A DNA stretch of 59,248 nt, filler included, from Sphacelaria rigidula (Eukaryota): NCBI GenBank assembly GCA_964200075.2. It is 3 parts of 3 records of this genome, joined end to end, with 100 filler letters (N's around TTAATTAATTAA, not from the genome) between each part and the next. Parts side by side here need not be neighbours in the genome. Positions count along the whole stretch, not along the records: positions 39,572 to 59,248 come from CAXNAA020000630.1; 2 more parts are not named here. One strand, given 5' to 3'. This document shows, piece by piece, positions 49,661 to 59,248 of the stretch (positions are counted from its first letter, which is position 1; each line of letters opens with the position of its first letter). The translations under genes and the position numbers were made by a program. The notes under the pieces are model-generated. The model searched no databases and was not told the origin of the DNA. It worked only from the letters and a program-made list of their open reading frames with translations.

Positions 49661-49926
49661 TGTGACGCCAGCTAGAAGAAAAGTGCTGGATCACTGCTGA
49701 TTGAGGGATTGCCCAGTCGCACTGGCCTCAGTCTCAGTTGTCAACCTTTACAACATTTCATTATCCGGAGTGCCCTTGCAAGCACAGCCTCATAGATCTG
49801 CAGGGTATCATCCCCGTGTCCCCGGCCATCATCCTGAATCCTCCCAGAATCCCCTGGATCCCCGTGCTCGTGGTCATTATCCAAATCATCACTACCAACT
49901 TAATGTAACGGCGTAATTTCGTCACA
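49661..49926 (-). repeat. 3' LTR
   Basis: TGTGAC...GTCACA termini; direct repeat of 55205-55467 (about 35 differences by eye); G-rich tract adjacent on the minus strand. Confidence 0.92.
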
Positions 49927-52900
49927 ACACCCCCAAAGCGCGTTGGACGAAAATCGACCAACAAGCTTGAAACCTCGAAAACGCCAAAACGATGAGTACG
50001 TCGCAACTGATTACCAAACTCATGCGTAATGCGAGCAGCAACGGCACGAGTTACGCGCAATTTACGCAACGCCTTAGTGAGAAATTCCGGAGCGGCCTAA
50101 AAAACATCCGTGAAAGGCTCCAACGTATGCTCCTCAACTTCTACACCAACCCAGTCGACCAACATGATCGACAAACAATCGTCTGCTTCTGCCACTCGGA
50201 CAATACCACCAGCCCTCTGAAATTGCCCCTGATCGAAAGCGTGCTAGGAGACGTCCTCAACGTCAGCCGTAACATTAGGTTGCGCGTCTGCATAAAAGCG
50301 CAAACGAGCTACATGGGTGGTCTGAATACAACCAGAAACAATGTTTTGAATCGCAAACACGTGCGGGTGGTGAGCACCAATGACTCTCCAAGGACCAGTC
50401 CACCTCGCCATCAATCTCGGCGTAACGCCCGGACGACACACGCGTGCACACGAGGTATAGACGCCTACCTCGAAATTCGGTAATTCCAGCCCCGACGAGG
50501 ACCCCTCACGTCTATGCGCATATTCAGCGGCAACACCGTCCTGCACTTGAACGTGGAAACGTTCTTGCAAGTGCAAGACTCGTTGCAGTGCACGCCTAAT
50601 TCGGCCATCATCCAAGACATCATGATTCCATTGCCTCACCGACGAAGAAGCCAACACCGACAATGACGTCCGAGGGGCACGACCAAACATTACGTGGTAC
50701 GGTGCACTATCGTAACGACGACGATACGCTGTATTGAGCGCCGATTGCGCTGCAGGCAACACGTGCACCCACTCGGAAGCCGCTCTACGCTGCTCGAGAA
50801 GATAGAGCGAAGAGCACGAACTACTTCCTTGACCATGCGTTCGCACGTGCCAATAGACCACCGAGAGTACGCCACCGCAAACTGGCAATCAATGTGCAAA
50901 ACCTCTCGCAATCGGGCCAAGATCGTAATCTTGGAATGCGTGGCGGTATCACTCACCCACACACGCGGCACCCCCGAAGTTTTGCACCAATTTAGCAAAG
51001 ATGCAGCAGTCGATTCAGCAGTACACACTGCTACTGGTTCCAGAGACACGAAGTTGCTCAAATCATCCATGATAACCGAAATGTATCGAAACCCAGCATC
51101 CTCCGACAAACCTTGGGAAGCAAGGGGGCCACTCTCAACCACGTACAAAAAGTCAAAATGAATTACTTCATTCGTCATGGTCCCATGGATCATTTCACCG
51201 GGCGGGCGGGGGACGACATCACCCGCCCTCGAGTCAGCACAGTGAAGCCAATGGCGGACAAATTCCTGCAAATTAGTTTCTATCCCCTGCCAGACACAAA
51301 ACTCTTGCAAGCGCACGAGCGTCGCAGCCACACCATGTGGCCCGCCGTCGCGTATGTGCGCGCAATTCATCAGACGTATCTGCAACTGCTTGTCAAAACT
51401 CGGAATCCGCCACGCACAGCATGCATACGGAACAGACCTTTACTGTCCAAGATAGCAGTACCAATGTCCGACTCGAAAAATTGCACATCCGCATCTTCGG
51501 CGCCAAGGCCTTTCTGTTGCGCTTGGCGGAGAACAGATTTGGACGGCATCGAGTCATCCGGTTCACACGGACCATACACAGCCACGGAGCGCACAGGCAA
51601 AGCCGGAATATTTACCCAACGCGACAGTACGTCACCCCACGAGTGACCGTCACCCGAAATGTGGCGAATCGAGTTACGATACTGGCCAAGAACAGCATTC
51701 CAACCCTTCAAACGTTGTGCCAACGCCTTCGACACAGACGTAACACACGCTTCCGGGTTGAAAATATACACGAGATTTGGGTGATTCGTGATAATGTGCA
51801 CGCCATCCAACAAATGATTCTCCAAACGACGAAGAGTGCTTGCTCACGATAGCGAAGCCTTCCTTGTCAATTGTGGCCCAACGCAACTGCGAACCCTTGA
51901 AACTACCACTGAGAAAAGCCAGCGAATCACGCGTCATATCCTCGACCGGCCAGCGTCGTTGCATTTCAGCTTCAGGCACCTGCGTGATAAACCTATCACA
52001 ATAACACTCAGTTGCATCCGAAAACATCAACACCTGGCAATCAGGACGAGGATGAAACAGCGTCACGGCATGAGCCATCAGATCCTTCGCTGCTGCCCAC
52101 GCCTGCGGCCTGTCCTCCGCCCACAATGCAGCGGAATAGCGCGGTGTTCTGCAACACGCTTTGTCCGCCTCGCAGCACCCGCCATGCGTTCTTCGAGGAA
52201 AAAACGCAAGGGGGCTACGATTTCTGTCATATGCGGCAGCGAGGGACGCAGCCAATTCACGGCCTGAAGGGATCGCATGAGTTCTGCGGCCGTCTCCACG
52301 CGCCGCATGCCAGAGAAGCCTTGAAATCTGACAGGGTCATGAGATACGCGCCCGTGTGAGTACACTTTCCCACATCACACGAATTCACCAGCGGAAAAGG
52401 TACTCTTGTGCACAGCCGCAAACAAACCTACACTCTCTAAACAAGCCAAGATAGCATCAAGCGTGTCTAAAAGCTCGTCTTTCCGTGTCCGCGTAAACAA
52501 ACACATTATCCACCCATATCTTGCCTTTTAAGCCGACGAGAAGTTCTGCCATGATGCCTTGAAAATATGCTGTGGCATTCAGCACGCCTTGCGGCACTCG
52601 TTTCGGGGTAAACAAGCCAAGCGCAGTCGAGGTTATGGAAATCTCCTACGCCTCCCCCGCCAATGGCATCTGCCAGTAACCTTGGAGGAGGTCCAGCCGG
52701 CCAAAACTCCGAGCACTCAACAGATCACGCATGTCCAACTCTTGGTTTGGCATCACCCCCGGCGACTTCTCAACCTGCTCACTCACGGCCTTGTAGTCGC
52801 TTACCAGGCGAAACAGATCCTCTCTAGAACCACCATAGCCAGACTGGACCACACCGCCTGCAAGTTCCGGAACACCAACCCGAGTGCCAACAGAGCCGCC

Positions 52901-55204
52901 ATGCACGACGCCAACCAACTCGACTTCACCCGATCGTACTGCCGCGGCTTCGTCTTCACCGCGGACGCCCCAGGTTTTAAGCTGAACACACGTGGGCTCC
53001 ACACGCGCAGGGAGATCACACCGCAGCGCACGACGAAACGCGTTGACATGGCGGTGTAAGACGGCGCGCAAGCGCTCCGCGTTTGAGACGCTGAGGCCTT
53101 TCGCCACAGCATCCGTCGCGCTCTCCTCCAGCGCGACCTTCCGAGCGGACTCCTCTTCCGCCCGATCCATGAACATCTCCGGGCCGCGCTCCACCAAGTG
53201 TTGCACTGCCTCATCCCGCTCCTCAGTCACCTGCCCCCCAGCCTCCTGAGAAGCATCCACGGACAAGCTCAGGCGACGACTACCCAAAAAGCCTGGCGTC
53301 TCCACGCGCGAACCTCACGGAGACATCCGCGTTTTCATCGAGTCCCACAACCGCGCATACGAGGCGACTCTAAGATCCTGAAGCGTCGGCAACTCCAGAA
53401 GAATGACGCCATCCGATCCCGGCATAATCGCAGCGAGATCGGAGGCAACAGCACTGGCCCCCACGAAGTCGTGAGAGCTAGGTGCAGCAAAACAGTACGC
53501 TAGTGATGGAAACATGCTGACCCGACGCGGTGACGGCCTGCCGCACCCCGAGCGAAACGGAATGCGCAGCGGCATACCCGGGAGAACAAGCTCCCATATC
53601 TCTACAATCCGCACCGACAGACTCACAAGACTCGTGAAGGGGGCGCCAGAATCCAACACAGCTCGAACCGCAATGGCTCCACGCTCGCGTTGATTTGTAA
53701 GACACAGCTCCGCAGGAATATCCTTGTCCGTAAACTTCACTGGCACATCATCCGCCGACCGGTGCGCCGCTGATCCCACTTGACGCCATGGTTGCGCCAG
53801 CTGCGCAGGCGAAGACGCCCCGGCAGGTTCAAACGACACCGCCGGCGGGTACAACCCCCAGCCAGCAGAGCAAACATTTAGCGAAACTCCGACCAGCGCA
53901 TCAGCAGACGTCGCACCTGGCGCTGCTAACGGCGTCGACACTGGCATCACCACCGGCGCCGGCGCGGTGCTCGACACTGTAGAAGTCGGTCCCACCTGCA
54001 CCGCCCGTTGCGGAGCAGCAGCATCTACAGCGGCGCGGACCCAGAATCAGACCCATGCTGACGCCACTGCCCCTACTGCTGCTGCTGCTGCTGAGAACTT
54101 CACTGCAACCCTCCACACCGGAGGATCCGCTGCCGCCACCACTCCGATCATCTCGTCCTTTGCCCTTGTGCTGTCGATGCTGATGGCGCGCGGCATGAGA
54201 CTGCTCAGACTCCCTACCGGAAAACGCTGGGTAATCGTGCGCGTAATGGCCGACCTGGTCACAGCGGTGGCAAGTGATGGTCGCGGCGCGGCCGGCCGAT
54301 TTCGAGCCGTGGTGGCGCAAAGACTTCGGCGTGGAGATGGACGACTGGCCGAACACCGCTATCTTCCGCCACTCCTTGGCCTCGGCCACGACGGTGTCCA
54401 TCACTAGGTAAGGGTCGGGCTTCCAAGTTGTCCCGTGCTGCAACTTGACAAGCACGGCTTGTCCGAATTTTTCCGGCGCCAACCCCTTTACCAAAAGCCG
54501 TGGTGATTACTGCAGCCGAGCTGGGAATGAACTCACCGTCGGGGGAACGATATACTTATTCATCGTTCGGATTTTCTATGAAGTAAGTCTCCAGATTGAA
54601 CAAAATTGGCTCCACCCGCTCTAGCACTGTCTTTCCCCGAGACCCCATGGCGACAGCTTTTGCCACGGCCGCGGACGCTGGGATCAGCTCCACCTCGGCA
54701 CCCGCCGTATACCCAGCGTGCTTTATGATCGCCGTAAGCAATTGCGGCGGGGTGATTGTGCTCTCATCATGCTCCACACGAGGAAACACTATCTGCACAT
54801 GCGCCGGCACGTTTTGAGTCATCGGCACTACCTGGTGTAGCACAGCATCCCCTGCGTTAGGGGGGTAAGGGGCGGGGGGGCACCCAGCCTGCTGTCCCCG
54901 AGCGATGGGAGCAGTCGGTTACCTGCGAGCCTTACGCAGGCCAGCGGACCTTCGCGATTTGCACACTTATTGTTCCTGCGTCGGCGCACCACGCAGTCGT
55001 AGGAGCCCCTAAACTCCCGCTGCACGCAACTTCAGCAACTCTCCAGTCTGGTGGATCAATCACAGGCCAACCGCCTTTCTGCAGCCACCTCAGCTTGAAC
55101 CCCGTCCGCGCGTCCGTGATAAATTAGGTTGTCCCCAGCTTCCAAACTCTTCCGCCGAAATTCTTTCAGCAGGTTCCGCTAGGTACTAGGACTAATATCG
55201 ATAT

Positions 55205-55467
55205 TGTGACACCAGCCAGAAGAAAACTGCTGGATCACTGCTATTTGAGGAACTACCCACCACTGGCCTCAGTGTCAGTTGTCAGCCTTTACAACATTTC
55301 ATCATCCGGAGTGCCCTTGCAAGCACAGCCTCATAGGCCCGCAGGGTATTATCCCGGATCCCCGGTCATTAGCCAGAATCCTCCCGGAATCCTCCTGGAT
55401 CCCCGTGCCCCCGGTCATTATCCTCATCTTCACAACCAAGTCAACGTAACGGCTTAATTTTGTCACA
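55205..55467 (-). repeat. 5' LTR
   Basis: TGTGAC...GTCACA termini; direct repeat of 49661-49926. Confidence 0.92.
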
Positions 55468-55860
55468 GCTCCCTCGGTGACCAGCCCCTTTCATATGGGC
55501 GCATACCACCAAGCGTGTTTATAGATGTTTCGCTTGGAGTGGAATTCACGGCGCATTCCTTTCTCCAACGTGCACGCGAAACAAAAATCCATCGTTTTTC
55601 GAAGCACGCTCAAACGCCGCAGTGAACGACGTGGCTTCATCGATCATAACCCCGAACCCCACAGAAGCTTACTCTTGGGCTTCACCAATGACCTCCTTCA
55701 ACGGTAGCGCTTCATCATGCTCCCGCTCGCGAAAACAGCGATTGCTCGCACGGATACTACGTGAGTATTCACTCACCATGGCGGTAAACCCTCCCAGCAG
55801 TTACGCTCACCAGTAATATGCTTGATTGAACAGTCGTACTGCCCGAGCACAGTCTTGTGA
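55468..55860 (-). mobile_element. Older Gypsy element, upstream half (end of RNase H to the start of the integrase zinc finger)
   Basis: KTVLGQYDCSIKHITGERNCW and LVVCAHMKGAGHRG on the minus strand; the reading continues on the far side of the inserted element at 49660. Confidence 0.8.
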
Positions 55861-57894
55861 ACGTGGTTGATTCCCAAATTGGGGAAGATGTCCTAGATCC
55901 AGTATACTCGTTCTGGATATATGTGCACGCACTTGCACTGAAGAGATTGGTATGTTTGGGTTAAAAGCCGGTAACGGATTATCAGGGCATGGCCAGGATG
56001 GTCAAGTGCGATGTTCGGGGCTGAGGGTCACGCCTCCCTCGAAGTCAGTTGTAATCTTGCCATATTGTCATCAAGTCTTCGGGACTTCCAGTGTCTCTCC
56101 CAGTTGTCCAAGGTTGAGTAAACTTGAGTCTGCAGTCTGATCGGGATGTCTCGATAGTAATCCCGTAGTCTTTTTCGAGCGATGTGCTTTTAATACATAA
56201 TATCTCCAAGCACATATTCGCATGCTTTGCTGCAAGTTGCAGTCGGCTCTGTAAATGTTTCTTTGACCTTGACTGATGTAGTGGACCCCGTACGAGTGAG
56301 TGACCAGGTGTGTCAGCCTAGCCTAAACTTGCACAGTGGATTCCGGTATAAGTAAGCGACTAGTTGCGTCAGGGTGGCTACTCGTCTACACATCCCGGTG
56401 GTCTGTGCTTTCATGGTGTTGAGTGTGAATTGTCAGACAGTGTATTATGTCTATGTGCCAAGGCTAGAGGCTTACACAAATACGCTAGTGTATACAGTCT
56501 GCAATTTAAGCCTTACCGGGTTATCGATTCTGTCCGGGATGGATAGGACGGAAGATAGGTACGCCAAGATGAATTTTGTATCCGGGGAGTGGACGGAGGT
56601 TTCCGCAGAGACGGTAGAGGTAAAAATGTCTCGCTTAAGAAAGATTGCGGGGTATTTGGACGATGTCGGAGTGGTTTGCTGAACCATTGTGTGTGGTGGT
56701 ACCACTGTCTGGGTGGGTCGTAAGACGATTCTATGACCACGGCTGCTGTGGCAAGAGCGGTTCATGGCATAATCAGAACCAGTGTAGTGCACGCAACGGA
56801 TGCATGGTGGAGTAAAACTCGAAGACATCTGTTTATTAGAGTATACTGTGGTTCGTGAGCGCGGAATGTGCTCTGCGAATTGATGCAAGTTTTCCAGAAG
56901 GGGTGTTTGCGTATGACGTGAGGGCTGACGTTGGCAAGGTTCCCGACTCCAGGAATGAAACCCATGAACGCTTGGCTTGTTCGTTCACAGATTCCTCCGA
57001 AAACATACGAGACGGTAGGGATCCCAAGCCTGACAGTAACCACGTGGATGAAACTGCAAGGGGATATGAGCCCGCGAAGTTCTGTGCAATCGCAACACCA
57101 AGCGGAAACCCAGAGAGGCTTTCGATTGAGCATGGAGAGGTGAGCGAAGACATTATGCCGTCGGTGTCAGAGAGCAGCACCGATTGAGATGCACTCTTCA
57201 GAGATTTCATCTGAGGACAGGCGTAAAAATACTGATGTCGGTGAGAGTTCGTGTGTTGCCGGGGAGGTTACCGATCAATCAGGGTATATCTTGATCAGGG
57301 GTTGTAAATGGGCCGTTGATGATTGTTTGAATCACGAATATTTCATTCAAACGACCAAAGCAGACGGAGGTAAGTGAATAGTATACAGGGCAAACCTTGT
57401 TTGTGGTAGAGGAGACGCAAACAGACAGTCGGGGTGACGTAGGGCGGGGTTTTTGCTCGCTCACGCATTTGGTGCACTCGGATGAGATCAAAGGCATTGG
57501 TTTTGATATGTTCGGGATTAATGATGACTCATGGGTTTCGGATGGAGCAGTATCCGGGGGTATGGACAAGTCGGCATGAATGTAGGCTTGGACTGTATTA
57601 CACGAGTTGGACATGACCAGAGTATGTCGACGATCTGTTGGTTCCAAAAGAGCGCACCTCTTCTCTTTTGAGCAAGACAAAAACATCTACACTCGTTTTA
57701 AAATATATATATATCCTACATTCTAGATTTTTCTCAATAATGACGTGTGATCCATTTGACCCGATGATTGATGCGGTACGATTGACTGCAGCATGAGTGA
57801 TGATGTCACGTAATTGTGTACGAACTATTCATGACTATGTCGGATGCTTGAATGCTACGTTCCCAAATGCTAGAGTGACAGCAAAGTGACTAAC

Positions 57895-58248
57895 TGACAG
57901 AGGATTCTATAAAATGAGGTTGATCAATGACATGAAGTCTGAGGAGGCTAGCTTGTATGCGACAAAAACCCGAGAGAAGTACCGTCCGCAAGTGCCTTTG
58001 ATCATTTTCGGGAGGGGGGGGGGGACTCATTTGTTGCTTACCTTAGTCGTTTGACTATTGACTTTTCGAGACGGGGCGTGGTCAATGGTGAAACGACTAA
58101 GGCAAGCAACAAATGAGTACGCCACACACACCCAAAAATAACCGAAGGCACTTGCGGACGGTACTTCCCTCGGGTTTTTGTCGCATACAAGCTTGCCTCC
58201 TCGAACCTCATTTCATTGATCAACCTCATTTTATAGAATCTCCTGTTA
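57895..58248. mobile_element. Foldback MITE (~350-bp palindrome)
   Basis: gattctataaaatgaggttgatcaatga...gcttgtatgcgacaaaaacccgag pairs with ctcgggtttttgtcgcatacaagc...tcattgatcaacctcattttatagaatc; the inner arm ccttagtcgtttgac(c/t)attgac recurs at ~19800 and ~31760. Confidence 0.88.
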
Positions 58249-59248
58249 ACTATCGATTCGGCAGGTAGGTTGTTGGAGACAAATGATAAGTTAGCATGGT
58301 TGTTGCACAAATGCTGTGGAAACGCAACTTCAGGCTGTTGAGATATTCTGCCTACTAGTGTAACGCAGGTCGCAGGTTACACGTGATGAATCAATGTCGG
58401 CACGGTGCGCACGGCATGTCTTCAGGATCAGACCCGGTCGTGAGCCGTTCAGTGGTAGAAAAGACGTGTAGTACAAGGAGTGAACTGATATGTATGCCTA
58501 CGGAACCAATCAACCATGCAATAACTACTCTTCTGCATCTGTGTACAGAACATCTCTAAGATTCACTTATACTCAACGAATATGACGACAGTGGCTATAC
58601 TTTAGCATTTTGAATCAATTTATCGAACTATCAACATTCTCCCACATGGAATCAATCTGCTAATAAACGCAACCAAGATCAACATGGAAACAACAACAAA
58701 AATACGTAGCGATCGAGTTCATCGCTGTCAATCTCTCCATAATCCACGATGAAGCCCCACTATTGTCTAGTCTTTTCTGTAACTTTCCTCTATTTTCCAT
58801 AAAACAACCTGCACAGAAACGTTGTAAACAGGCCTCCCACAAATGATATACCGTGCGTATTACAGTCTACAAATGTACACCATAATATTTTTTGTCTGCA
58901 TATTAGCCGGGAATGATCTCTGCATATATACCGAGAATGGCAAATATATTATGTCAGTATCTACTTATTATCGGCTCTTTCCTCCTTGCTCGAATACCCC
59001 CACGTTAAACTATAGCATCATATGCTTGGTCAGGTTGGGAAATCAGTCAGCTGTTCCCCCCAGCTCTGATAACAAACTCATAACTATGATCGAGTGTTCA
59101 CTACTCAGAAACAATCATAACTACGACAGTACACAGCCCTTCTCTCCTTCGAAAGGTCCTTCATAGATCAAGAATTAACAGCCGATCCTAATTTTTGGGG
59201 TTGAAACATAATATGAGGTTGAAGTCCCGTCCCTCCATTGCAGGGAAG

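Larger units (their letters stand above)
49661..55467 (-). mobile_element. Full-length but decayed Ty3/Gypsy LTR retrotransposon (gag-PR-RT-RH-IN, possible chromodomain)
   Basis: Two LTRs; zinc knuckle CHRCDQVGHYAHD (~54231-54273); protease VLDSGA (~53650); RT LDLLQGYWQMPL (~52680); RNase H FSDA...WATIDKEGFAIV (~52030-51845); integrase IHFDFLYV / WVSD / GTCERMVKE (51385-50800). The order RT-RH-IN indicates Gypsy. Flanks gatc/gctc. Confidence 0.95.

Noticed and set aside
56364..57400. Coding-like plus-strand fragments ending at a gtaagt donor
   Set aside because: Multiple stops and no recognisable motif; cannot be assigned without a search.

Overview
Eukaryotic, intron-rich and transposon-dense DNA, most likely from a brown alga (inferred from an EsV-1-7 cysteine-repeat array, long introns and the repeat content). 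Host genes reconstructed by hand from GT-AG junctions and reading frame: (1) the last three exons of a D-isomer-specific 2-hydroxyacid dehydrogenase (+, 510-4716); (2) a roughly 2,500-aa LRR + WW-domain, largely low-complexity protein (-, ~19588-5822, about 9 exons); (3) an SGNH/GDSL hydrolase of the PAF-acetylhydrolase-Ib type (-, ~30347-22500, 3' end unclear); (4) a disrupted EsV-1-7 repeat gene with about 13 repeats (+, 41566-43483). Mobile DNA: three copies of a non-autonomous element with Helitron2-like asymmetric inverted repeats and terminal hairpins, two of them nested inside a hAT-like element in the SGNH intron and one carrying a 420-bp foldback MITE; a decayed RTE-like LINE that appears to carry a 5' inversion; a decayed Ty3/Gypsy element with both LTRs, inserted into the integrase of an older Gypsy; several foldback MITEs; and a ~42-bp minisatellite. 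Two N-gaps carry artificial TTAATTAATTAA linkers, so adjacency across 19.7 kb and 39.5 kb is not guaranteed. All family assignments come from motif recognition, not database searches.
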